This document shows, in pieces, positions 1 through 8,487 of a stretch of 64,000 bases of DNA (position 1 is its first letter; every line of letters starts with the position of its first letter). The position numbers and the translations under genes are program-made. A model generated the notes under the pieces. That model did not search any database. It saw nothing but the letters and a program-made list of their open reading frames with translations, and was not told the origin of the DNA. Origin of the DNA: an uncultured delta proteobacterium (GTDB lineage Bacteria > Myxococcota_A > UBA9160 > SMWR01); the NCBI GenBank assembly GCA_963832165.1, contig CAWHTE010000007.1, positions 576,001 through 640,000 on the forward strand. The letters are read 5' to 3'.

Positions 1-673
1 CAGGACCCGAAGTGGCATCCGGAAGGAGACGTCTGGGTCCATACCGGGATGGCGATCGACGCCGCGGCTCGGCTGCGCGCGTCGACCCAGGGTCCCGCGG
101 ACGCCCCCGCGTTGATGTACGCGGTGCTCTGCCACGACTTCGGCAAGCCCGCGGCAACGCACGAGAAAGACGGCCGCGTGCGCTCGTACGGCCACGAGCG
201 CGGGGGGCTCGAGGCGACGCAGTGCTTCCTCGAGCGGCTGCGCGCGCCGCACGCGCTGGTCGCGCAGGTGCTCGCGCTCGTCGAGCACCACCGCGCGCCG
301 GAACAGCTGCCGCGCGGCGGCGCGGGGGCCAGCGCATACCGCCGGCTGATGCGCCGGCTCAGTGACGCTCACGTGTCGCCCGAGCTGCTCGAGCTCGTGG
401 CGCGCGCCGATCACTTCGGCCGGACGACGCGCGAGGCGCGCGAGCAGGTCTTCGCAGCGGGGCAGGACTTCCTGCGCGCGATTCGGGAGCTCGCGATTCC
501 GGATGGGGGACCGCACGACGCTGTGTGGGGGCGTCATCTACTCAATCGCGGACTCGCGCCCGGGCCCGAATTCGCGCGCATCCTCGAGCGATGCCGCGAG
601 GTGCAGGACGAGACAGGCGAGACCGATCCCGAGCGCGATCCTGCGCCTCGTACTCGACAGCTCGACCGACTAA
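1..673 (+). CDS. CCA-adding enzyme / tRNA nucleotidyltransferase, HD-domain C-terminal part (5'-truncated; frameshift near 637)
   Basis: LCHDFGKP...SYGHE HD motif, ADHFGR, and GRHLLNRGLAPGPEFARIL tail typical of multifunctional CCA proteins; the natural end ILRLVLDSSTD* is in another frame (TAA 671-673). Confidence 0.75.
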
Positions 674-678
674 CAAGG

Positions 679-735
679 TGGCAATCATTGCTTGCGCGCA
701 TGGCAATCCTACGCGCCGCGACCGGTAATTCTGCG
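679..735 (+). promoter_or_regulatory. Candidate enhancer (UAS): three imperfect direct repeats at 22-bp period
   Basis: TGGCAATC at 679, TGGCAATC at 701, CGGTAATT at 723; 100-150 bp upstream of the sigma54 promoter at 830. Confidence 0.45.
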
Positions 736-804
736 CTGCGAAATTTCTCGCGCTCGTCACGAGCGCGATGAGAAGCGACGAGAAGCCTTCTCGCGTGGCA
801 TTGT

Positions 805-820
805 GGTGACATCGGTCACC
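805..820. promoter_or_regulatory. CRP/FNR-family-like palindrome
   Basis: GGTGA-CATCGG-TCACC (GTGA-N6-TCAC) just upstream of the -24 element. Confidence 0.45.
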
Positions 821-829
821 GCTTCGCGC

Positions 830-845
830 TGGCATATCCGTTGCA
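830..845 (+). promoter_or_regulatory. sigma54 (-24/-12) promoter
   Basis: TGGCATATCCGTTGCA; GG and GC 12 nt apart, close to TGGCACG-N4-TTGCW; followed by SD GGGAGG (866-871) and ATG 876. Confidence 0.75.
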
Positions 846-875
846 CTTGCATGCGGGCTCAAATCGGGAGGATCG

Positions 876-1088
876 ATGCGCAACGACGAACTGCGGCATC
901 GGGAGCATGATTCCCAGGTGAACGCTCCTCTGGAGCCCCTGGCGACACAGCAGCAGCGCGGCCCGTGGTCGGTAGGCCAGGGCCAGATCGTGATGGGCCC
1001 CAGCTTCTATGTCTGGGACGAGAGCCCGAAGCAAGCACGAGAGTGGGGCGTAGAGCTCGCCAACGCGTGGCTCGCTCGGCGTCGCTGA
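876..1088 (+). CDS. Small hypothetical protein (70 aa)
   Basis: ORF with strong SD directly after the sigma54 promoter; no family recognised. Confidence 0.65.
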   Translation: MRNDELRHREHDSQVNAPLEPLATQQQRGPWSVGQGQIVMGPSFYVWDESPKQAREWGVELANAWLARRR

Positions 1089-1171
1089 GCTCCCTCCCAC
1101 TCGTCATCACATCGTCATGAACCGGGGCGTCCTCGGGGCGGTCCATTCCGTCCGAGTTCGCTTCGAGTCAG

Positions 1172-2596
1172 ATGGGGGTTTTCGTGCGGCGATTGAGTGG
1201 AATGGACGCGGCGTTTCTCTATGCAGAGACGGGAGATGCGCCGCTGCACGTGATGGGCGCGCTGGTTCTGGAGTCGCTGGGCCGGGGCCCGCGCGAAGAT
1301 TTCAAACGCATTCGCGGGCAGATCGAGCGCCGGCTCGGCTCGCTGCCGATCTTTCGGCGCAAGCTGGTCGAGGTGCCGCTCGGGCTGGGCCGCCCCGTGT
1401 GGGCGGATGACCCCGCTTTCGATCTCGACGCTCACCTGCACCGGTCTGCGCTGCCCACGCCGGGCGGCGACGCGGAGCTCTTCGAGGAGATCGCGCGAAT
1501 CGCGGAGGTGCCGCTGCGCCGCGATCGCCCGCTCTGGGAGATGTGGGTGATCGAAGGGCTCGAGCGCCACCGTTTCGCGCTCGTGGCGAAGATCCACCAC
1601 TCCGCCGTCGATGGCATCGGCGGCGCGGCGTTGATGTGCGCGCTGCTGGATCCCGACCGAAACGTTCGCCCGGGAACCCCCCCGGAAGGCGAGCCCGAGC
1701 GTGAGCCAGTTCCTACGTCCGCGAGCCTGATCGCGGATGCTGCGCTCTCGCTCGGAGCTCGGCCTCTCCGCAGTGCGCTCCAGGTGCTGCGCAGCGCGGA
1801 GAGGAGTGCACGTCTGGCGTTCTCGAGCCTCACCCAGCGGGAGTCTCCGCTGCCCAGCGCTCCGCGCACTCGCCTCAACGGGCGCGTTACAGGTCGGCGC
1901 GCCGTAGCGCTGGGCAGCGTTCCGCTCGATGAGGTGAAGCGCGTCAAGAACGCCTATGCGGCCACCGTGAACCACGTCGTGCTCGCGGCCTGCGCGGGTG
2001 CGCTGCGCCGCTATCTGGGCGCCCACGGCGAGATTCCGCGTCAGCCGCTCGTGGCCGCGGTGCCGATGGCGCTCGCGGAGCGCGCGCCGGACGGGCTCGG
2101 GAATTCAGTCTCGGTGCTGCTCGTACGGCTGCCGGTGCATCTCGGCGACCCGCTCGAGCGCCTGACCGCGTCGCGCGAGGCGAGCCTCGAGGCGATGCGC
2201 TCGTTCGATCTGCTGGGCGGTCAGCTCAATGATTGGGTGGATTTGATCTCACCCACGCTGCTCTCGGGCGCGTCGCAGCTCTACACGCGGCTCGGTCTGT
2301 CGCAGAGCCTGCCCCCGGTCATCAACCTCGTGATGTCCAACGTGCCGGGTCCGACCATGCCGCTCTACTGCGCGGGCGCCAAGGTCACCGCGTGCCATCC
2401 GTTCGGTCCGATCTACGACGGCTGCGCGCTCAACCTCACGGTGATGAGCTACAACGGCAGCCTTGGGATCGGCGCGATCGGCTGCCCGGACGCGGTGCCC
2501 GAGATCGAGACGATCCCGCGCGCGTTCGAGGCGGCCGTGGATGAGCTGCTCCAGATCGCCGACGGCGTCTCGCCGTCCATTGCCGCGGCGTCGTAG
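1172..2596 (+). CDS. Wax ester synthase / diacylglycerol acyltransferase (WS/DGAT)
   Basis: RLSGMDAAFLYAE start, PLWEMW, catalytic HHSAVDG, NLVMSNVPGP and LNLTVMSY motifs. Confidence 0.95.
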   Translation: MGVFVRRLSGMDAAFLYAETGDAPLHVMGALVLESLGRGPREDFKRIRGQIERRLGSLPIFRRKLVEVPLGLGRPVWADDPAFDLDAHLHRSALPTPGGDAELFEEIARIAEVPLRRDRPLWEMWVIEGLERHRFALVAKIHHSAVDGIGGAALMCALLDPDRNVRPGTPPEGEPEREPVPTSASLIADAALSLGARPLRSALQVLRSAERSARLAFSSLTQRESPLPSAPRTRLNGRVTGRRAVALGSVPLDEVKRVKNAYAATVNHVVLAACAGALRRYLGAHGEIPRQPLVAAVPMALAERAPDGLGNSVSVLLVRLPVHLGDPLERLTASREASLEAMRSFDLLGGQLNDWVDLISPTLLSGASQLYTRLGLSQSLPPVINLVMSNVPGPTMPLYCAGAKVTACHPFGPIYDGCALNLTVMSYNGSLGIGAIGCPDAVPEIETIPRAFEAAVDELLQIADGVSPSIAAAS

Positions 2597-2613
2597 CGAG
2601 AGCGGCAGCCCGT

Positions 2614-4011
2614 TCAGCCCTTGTACGACTTCAACCGGTTGTACAGGGTCTTGAGGCTGATCCCCAAAATCTCGGCGGTGCGCTTCTTCTCCCCGTAATG
2701 GTCGAGCGTCGCGAGCGTGAGGATCCGCTCCACCTCCGCGTCCGACATCCCCACGCGGATCCCGAGATTCTCCGCCACATCCTTGGGCGCGGTGACCGTG
2801 CCCGCGAGCGAGATGCACTCGGCGTCGACGTCCGTCTCGGCCATGATGAACGCTCGTTCCACGACGTTCTTGAGCTCGCGCACGTTCCCGGGCCAGCTAT
2901 GGCGGCGCAGCCGCTCGCGCGCCGCGCGCGTGAGCTCCTTGTGCGTGCCCGCGCGGCGGTTGTGCTGAGCCAGGAAGAAATCCGCGAGCAGATCGAGATC
3001 TTCGTCGCGCGCCCGCAGCGGCGGCAGGTGGATCGGAAACACGAGCAGCCGGTACAGGAGATCCTCGCGCAGCGAGCCATCCTCCACGGCCGGGTGCGGG
3101 TCGCGATTCGTCGCCGCCACCACGCGCACGTCGGTCGCGATCAGGCCGCTCCCGCCCACGCGCTGCACCGTGCTGCTCTCGAGTGCGCGCAACAGCTTCA
3201 CCTGGAGGTCGAGCGGCATCTCGGTGATCTCGTCGAGGAACAGCGTGCCGCCGTTGGCGCGCTCGAAGCAGCCAGCACGCCGCTCGGTGGCGCCCGTGAA
3301 GCTCCCCTTCTCGTGCCCGAACAGCTCCGACTCGATCAGGTTCGGCGAGATCGCGCCGCAGTTCAGCGGCACGAACGGGCCATCGGAACGCTCCGACAAC
3401 TCGTGCAGCGTCTCGGCCACGAGCTCTTTGCCCGTACCGGTCTCGCCCGTCACGAGCACGGTGGCGCCCGTGCGTGCGACCTTGAGGATCTGGTCGTACA
3501 CCGCCTGCATCCCCGTCGAAGCGCCGATCAGGCGGCCGAAGCGCCCGAGCGATCGCAGCTCCTCGCGCAGCGCACCGACCTGCCCGCGCAGCCGCGCCGC
3601 GCGCTGGACATGCGCGAGCACCTTCTCGAGCCGCCGCATGTCGATCGGCTTGGTCAGGTAGTCGGTGGCACCACCGCGGATCGCGCGCACGGCCGTATCG
3701 ACGCTCGCGTGCCCGGTGATCAGCACGAGGTCCATCGCCGGCCGCTGCTCCATCAGCGGAAGCAGATCCAGCGAGTTGCCGTCGGGCAGCTGGAGGTCGG
3801 TCAGTAGAAGGTCGAAGTTCTCCTGCTCGAGGACCTGGCGCGCGGTCTCGAGGGAAGTGGCGGTGCGCGTTTCGAACCCCTGATGCTCGACCAGCGCCTG
3901 AAGGGCCTCGAGATGCGACGGCTCGTCGTCCACGAGCAGCGCGCGTGGAGCGACGTTGCGCGCATGTTGCGCTGAAATTGCTGAGGTATTCGGCGGGTCC
4001 TGCAACGTCAT
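2614..4011 (-). CDS. sigma54-dependent NtrC-family response regulator (REC-AAA+-Fis HTH)
   Basis: LLVDDE and TDLQLPD receiver motifs, GETGTGKE Walker A, ESELFGHEKGSFTGA, FLDEI, WPGNVRELKN, LGISLKTLYNRL; start taken at MTLQDPP. Confidence 0.95.
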   Translation of the reverse strand: MTLQDPPNTSAISAQHARNVAPRALLVDDEPSHLEALQALVEHQGFETRTATSLETARQVLEQENFDLLLTDLQLPDGNSLDLLPLMEQRPAMDLVLITGHASVDTAVRAIRGGATDYLTKPIDMRRLEKVLAHVQRAARLRGQVGALREELRSLGRFGRLIGASTGMQAVYDQILKVARTGATVLVTGETGTGKELVAETLHELSERSDGPFVPLNCGAISPNLIESELFGHEKGSFTGATERRAGCFERANGGTLFLDEITEMPLDLQVKLLRALESSTVQRVGGSGLIATDVRVVAATNRDPHPAVEDGSLREDLLYRLLVFPIHLPPLRARDEDLDLLADFFLAQHNRRAGTHKELTRAARERLRRHSWPGNVRELKNVVERAFIMAETDVDAECISLAGTVTAPKDVAENLGIRVGMSDAEVERILTLATLDHYGEKKRTAEILGISLKTLYNRLKSYKG

Positions 4012-4072
4012 GCCGGGTCCAGCTAAGCTCCTCGGGCGGCCGCGTGCAAGGCTCACGGCGGGGGAGGGCGCG

Positions 4073-5716
4073 ATGGTAGGCGCTGCGCGGCGCCTCAGCC
4101 GGCAGGCGAGATTCGAGCTCTGGCACTGGCCCATCCTCGCAGGGCTCGCCGCTGCCGTATTTTCGGTTCTCGTGAGTCACGCGCTCGCGATGCGCGAGCG
4201 CGAACAGTTCGCGTTGCTGGTCGAGACGAGTGCGCGCCGCGTGAGTGCGGAAGTCCGCGCCGAGCTCGATGCGCGCATGCACGCGCTCTCGATTCTCGCG
4301 CGCGAATGGCAGAAACGGCTGTTGCCGCGCCGCGGAGACTGGGAGTCGGACGTGCGGCTGGTGCTGTCACAGTCGCCCGGCCTCCATTCGATTGCGTGGG
4401 TCGACGCTTCGGGCGACCACAGCTGGACCTATCCGCTCGAGACGAAGCTGCCCGCGATCGATCTCAAGCGGCTGCGCGCGGACAGCGTCGCGCAGAGGCG
4501 CGCCGTGTTGATCCCGCCCGTGATGCCGCGCGACGGCGAGCCGCGCCTGCGCATCGTTGCTCCACTCGTCGACGGTGGAACGACGAGCGGCTGGCTCGCG
4601 GCCACCTATCAGAGCCGCGAGCTGTTCAAGGAGATCCTCGCGAGCCTCGACACCGCGTTCACGGTCGAGATCCGCGCGGGCGAGGTCGAGCTCTATCGCG
4701 ATCAGAGCACCTCGCGCGACGACCGGACCCATCCCGTGAGCCACGCCACGCTCGCGATGCCGGGCGGCGTCGAGCTCCAGGTCGGCGTGGAGCCGTCGGA
4801 CGAAATGATCGCGACTGCGCACTCGCTATTGCCGATCGCGACGCTCGCGGGCGGTCTCGCGCTGTCCGTGCTCGCTGCGATCGCGTTGTTCCTGCGCAAC
4901 GTGGCCGCTCAGCGCGCGGAGGCGCTCGAGGTGGAGATGGCGGGCCACACGCGCGCCGAGGCGGAGGTGCGCCGCCTGAACGCAGGGCTCGAGGAGCGCG
5001 TGCAAGAGCGCACGGCACAGCTCGAGCGCACGAACGGCGAGCTGCAGCGCTTCGCGTCGTTTCTCTCCCACGAGCTGCGCCAGCCGCTCGGTACGCAGAT
5101 GATCTGGATCGAGCTCCTCGAGGTGCAGGCCGCCGACGCGCTCGACGAGATCTCCCGGCGCAATCTCACGAACATCCGCGCGATGGCGGTCAAGATGGCC
5201 GACCTGATCTCGGCGCAGATCGCGGTCGTGGCCGAGCCCGCGGCGCAGGCGGTCACCGAGCGCGTGGATCTGGCCGCGGTGGTGCGCGAGGCGACCACCG
5301 AGCTCTCCCCTTCACTCGAGAGCATCGGCGCGAAGGTGTCGGTAGGGACGCTGCCGATCGTCTCCGGCGACGGCCGCCAGCTGACCCAGCTGTTCCGCAA
5401 CCTGCTCGAGAACGCGCTCAAGTACCGCCGCGAGGGCGTGCAGTGCGAGATCCGGATCGAGTCGCAGGCCGGTCGCGAGGGCGGCGTCGAGGTCCTCGTG
5501 GTCGACAACGGGCGCGGCTTCGCTGCCGAGGATGCGGAGCGCATCTTCGAGCCGCACGAGCGACTCGACGCCGCGACTGCCGAGGGCCAGGGCCTCGGGC
5601 TCGCGATCAGCCGGTCGATCGCGGAGCGGCACGGCGGGAAGCTCTCGGCCGAGGGTCGCCCCGGCGAGGGTGCGACGTTCCGGATCGCGCTGCCGGAAGA
5701 CCGGATCTACCGGTAA
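4073..5716 (+). CDS. Membrane sensor histidine kinase
   Basis: Two TM segments around a periplasmic domain; H-box SHELRQPL, N-box NLLENALKY, DNGRGF, GQGLGLAI; GGAGGG before ATG 4073. Confidence 0.93.
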   Translation: MVGAARRLSRQARFELWHWPILAGLAAAVFSVLVSHALAMREREQFALLVETSARRVSAEVRAELDARMHALSILAREWQKRLLPRRGDWESDVRLVLSQSPGLHSIAWVDASGDHSWTYPLETKLPAIDLKRLRADSVAQRRAVLIPPVMPRDGEPRLRIVAPLVDGGTTSGWLAATYQSRELFKEILASLDTAFTVEIRAGEVELYRDQSTSRDDRTHPVSHATLAMPGGVELQVGVEPSDEMIATAHSLLPIATLAGGLALSVLAAIALFLRNVAAQRAEALEVEMAGHTRAEAEVRRLNAGLEERVQERTAQLERTNGELQRFASFLSHELRQPLGTQMIWIELLEVQAADALDEISRRNLTNIRAMAVKMADLISAQIAVVAEPAAQAVTERVDLAAVVREATTELSPSLESIGAKVSVGTLPIVSGDGRQLTQLFRNLLENALKYRREGVQCEIRIESQAGREGGVEVLVVDNGRGFAAEDAERIFEPHERLDAATAEGQGLGLAISRSIAERHGGKLSAEGRPGEGATFRIALPEDRIYR

Positions 5717-5802
5717 GAATTTCCTGCGAGCGACCTGCGGGTGGGCTCGAGAGGCGAGTTCGACGGCTCTCTGGCGCTCCAGACGCGCTCTCGTGCGTTT
5801 TT

Positions 5803-5820
5803 ACGTGATGCCCGTCACGT
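5803..5820. promoter_or_regulatory. CRP/FNR-family-like palindrome
   Basis: ACGTGA-TGCCCG-TCACGT just upstream of the second -24 element. Confidence 0.45.
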
Positions 5821-5830
5821 GAGCACGAGC

Positions 5831-5846
5831 TGGCACGCGGGTTGCA
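5831..5846 (+). promoter_or_regulatory. sigma54 (-24/-12) promoter
   Basis: TGGCACGCGGGTTGCA, an exact match to TGGCACG-N4-TTGCA, in an intergenic region next to the NtrC/HK pair. Confidence 0.85.
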
Positions 5847-5856
5847 CTAACCCCCC

Positions 5857-5982
5857 ATGAACTCGGATCTCCCTTTCCGAGAGGGTGGAATGAATACGAT
5901 GGTCTGCGGAATCAATGCTCCGGTCGTGCTAGTCGCGAACCAAGTGCGGATGATTCCAGCCGACGAGGCCCACAAAACATAA
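5857..5982 (+). CDS. Candidate small ORF (41 aa from 5857, or 30 aa from ATG 5890)
   Basis: MNSDLPFREGGMNTMVCGINAPVVLVANQVRMIPADEAHKT*; ATG 5857 coincides with the predicted sigma54 +1; absent from the ORF track. Confidence 0.3.
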   Translation: MNSDLPFREGGMNTMVCGINAPVVLVANQVRMIPADEAHKT

Positions 5983-6044
5983 GGCCATAGGGCCCCGTCG
6001 ACGGGCCGGCGCGCGAAGCCCAACCACGCGCTGCCGACCTGAGC

Positions 6045-6100
6045 GGCCGGGGGCCCGTCTCCTGGATCCCCCCGATTTTTCAGGAGCCGGACCCCCGGCC
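6045..6100 (+). other. Long GC hairpin with C-rich loop (candidate sRNA/leader element)
   Basis: GGCCGGGGG/CCCCCGGCC, CCG/CGG, CTCCTG/CAGGAG and GATC/GATT stems closing a CCCCC loop. Confidence 0.45.
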
Positions 6101-6184
6101 AGACCTCGTACCCCCGGGTTCCACAGAAAGATGCACAGGAACCTCATCGACCGAGATGAGATCGGTCGAGAAAGGAGCCTAGTC

Positions 6185-6550
6185 ATGTCAGACCCGATGA
6201 TGAGCCGAGGCGAACCGCCGCGCTCGACAGAGAGCAAGAAGGGCACTGCGTTCGCGCTCGCCGGAATCGTGGGTATCGCCTTGCTGGCGCTACTTGCGAT
6301 AGCGATCACGCGTGAGGAAGGCGCGAGCCCGGACGAAATCGCCTTCGCTGACAAACCTTCGCAGAGCCGGATGGAAGAGTGCAACCAGTATGCGGCCCAG
6401 GTTGCACAAGATTCCGGCGCTATCGGTGGAGCCGCCTCGGTACGCGACGATGATCCGAATCTCGTCGGATTGTCCGATGAGAATCGTTACTCGGATGCGG
6501 CGCGAGTCGCGTACCGCGATTGCATGCTCGGGATTCAACACGATTCCTGA
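6185..6550 (+). CDS. Single-pass membrane protein with Cys pair (resembles glycine-zipper/YMGG-like proteins)
   Basis: SD AAGGAG before ATG 6185; hydrophobic FALAGIVGIALLALLAIAI; ECNQYA...GAIGGAA...AYRDCM. Confidence 0.6.
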   Translation: MSDPMMSRGEPPRSTESKKGTAFALAGIVGIALLALLAIAITREEGASPDEIAFADKPSQSRMEECNQYAAQVAQDSGAIGGAASVRDDDPNLVGLSDENRYSDAARVAYRDCMLGIQHDS

Positions 6551-6570
6551 GAGGTCGGGACCACCACCCG

Positions 6571-6615
6571 GGGAGGAAGCTGGTCGGACGGGGCCAGCTT
6601 CCTCCCTTAATTTTT
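6571..6615 (+). terminator. Rho-independent terminator
   Basis: Perfect 13-bp stem GGGAGGAAGCTGG/CCAGCTTCCTCCC followed by TTAATTTTT. Confidence 0.85.
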
Positions 6616-6631
6616 GGGTCTCGTGGTCGCT

Positions 6632-7018
6632 CTAGTACGACGAGTAGTTGTACGCGAACTCGCGGACCTTCTTCGCGTCGTCGTAGTAGATGACCAGCGT
6701 CAGTGTCCGCTGATTCTCATCGCCAGAGCTCGGGTCGGCGCTCAGCACGACGAGCGCTCCGCCGATCGAGCGCGTGGTGTCGAGTCGGTTGCTCGAGATC
6801 GCGTCGTAGGTCCACGTCTCGCGCCCTTGGGAGTCGTTGGAGACCTTGCTGGGCGGGCCTAGCGCCTCGGTCACGGCGCTCTGGTCCATGCCGGCCTTGA
6901 TCTCGCGCTGAACGGCACCCACGGGCGCCGTAGGAGGGTTCTCGGGCGGCGGAGACGGGCTCGCACACGCTGCGAACGCGAAGATCGCGGCCGCGCAGAC
7001 GACCCGATATCGCTCCAT
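6632..7018 (-). CDS. SmpA/OmlA (BamE-like) lipoprotein
   Basis: Lipobox FAAC; IKAGMDQSAVTEALGPP, ETWTY and LTLVIYYDDAKKV motifs. Confidence 0.75.
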   Translation of the reverse strand: MERYRVVCAAAIFAFAACASPSPPPENPPTAPVGAVQREIKAGMDQSAVTEALGPPSKVSNDSQGRETWTYDAISSNRLDTTRSIGGALVVLSADPSSGDENQRTLTLVIYYDDAKKVREFAYNYSSY

Positions 7019-7083
7019 CAGAGCCTCCCTTCTCGGAATTCTCGGAAGGACGCGAAGCACGTTGACCCGAGAATTATACCTGG

Positions 7084-7846
7084 GTGACACTCGCGATCCC
7101 CCGACGGGAGAGGATCGCTGACGAGCATCGACCGCATCGCGATCCTGGCAGCGCTCGCGGGCGCCACGGCGCTCTCGTGGTACTACCTCGTGGAGATGCC
7201 CTGGATGGGGCCGATGGGCGCACTCCAACCCTGGAGCGCGCTCTATTTCGCGCTGATGTTCGCGATGTGGGCCGTGATGATGGTGGGCATGATGCTGCCC
7301 TCGGCCACGCCGATGACGCTGCTCTACGCCCAGGTGGTGCGAAAGGCCGCGCGCGAGGGCTCGGTGCTGCCGCCCACGGCGGTATTCGTCGCGGGATACC
7401 TCGCGATGTGGACACTGTTCAGCGTCGCCGCTACCGCCGCACAGTGGGGACTCGAGAGCGCGGCGCTGCTCTCGCCCGCGCTCGTGTCCACGAGCCCGCA
7501 GCTCGGCGCGGTCCTGCTGATCGCGGCGGGCGTCTGGCAGTTCACGCCGTGGAAGGACGTGTGCCTCTCGCACTGTCGCAATCCGGTGTTCTTCTTCGCG
7601 CAGAACTTCCGCCCGGGCGTGCGCGGGGCGCTGCGGCTCGGCTGGCGCTACGGCATGTACTGCCTGGGCTGTTGCTGGCTCCTGATGGGCCTCCTGTTCG
7701 TGGGCGGCGTGATGAATCTTTTCTGGATCGCGGCGCTCACGATCTTCGTGCTGGTCGAAAAAGCCATGGTGCGCGGCGTTTCGGGGAGCCGCTTTGCCGG
7801 TGCGGCGATGCTCGTGGTCGGGGCCTGGTTGCTAGTACGCGCCTAG
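7084..7846 (+). CDS. DUF2182 family metal-binding membrane protein (probable frameshift near the 5' end)
   Basis: MWAVMMVGMMLPS, QFTPWKDVCLSHCR, YCLGCCWLLM, GVMN, EK motifs; the main frame is open from 7088 without a start codon. Confidence 0.85.
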
Positions 7847-7955
7847 ACCTGTGCGCGGACGCAGGTGTACACTCCGATTGCGCCGGGAGTTGGATCTCCG
7901 GCTGAGAACCGATTCCCGGGCGGTGGCCACTTGGCCACGGTCAACGGAGGATCTC

Positions 7956-8480
7956 ATGTCCGATCTGATGCAAGAGGCCCGCGTGCGGACGCGGGCGGAC
8001 CTGGCCTACGAATCGCTCTACAGTGCGGCGATCGGCGGCTCGGTGATCGCGCTGTTCTTCCTGGTCATCGATGCCTGGAACGGGCAGATGCTGTTCACGC
8101 CTTCACTGCTGGGAGGCGTGCTGTTCGGCGGCGTCGAGGCCTCGTCGATCAGCGAGGTCCGCATGGACTGGGTGGCCTACGCGACGATCGCGCACTTCCT
8201 TGCGTTCACGGTGATCGGCATCGGCGTGACGCTCGTGGCGCACGAGGTCGAGCTCCACTCCCGTCATCCGTTCACGATCCTGTTCGGCGTGTTCGCGGCG
8301 ATCGAGTGGATCTTCCTCGTGGGTGGCATGTTCCTGCTTCCGGGCGTGATCACGGCGCTCGGGTTCTGGCGCGTGGCGACGGCGAACCTGCTCGCTGCGG
8401 CCGGGATCGCGGCGTTCTTGTGGGCGGCTCATCAGCCCCAGGCGTGGGAGCAGCTCAAGCAAAGCGCCCATCTCGCATGA
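7956..8480 (+). CDS. Hypothetical multi-pass membrane protein
   Basis: SD GGAGG; about four hydrophobic helices; LFTPSLLG and ATIAH segments. Confidence 0.75.
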   Translation: MSDLMQEARVRTRADLAYESLYSAAIGGSVIALFFLVIDAWNGQMLFTPSLLGGVLFGGVEASSISEVRMDWVAYATIAHFLAFTVIGIGVTLVAHEVELHSRHPFTILFGVFAAIEWIFLVGGMFLLPGVITALGFWRVATANLLAAAGIAAFLWAAHQPQAWEQLKQSAHLA

Positions 8481-8487
8481 TCCGCCA

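Noticed and set aside
3956..4134. Apparent head-to-head overlap of the regulator and kinase ORFs
   Set aside because: Disappears with the more plausible starts at 4011 (minus) and 4073 (plus)
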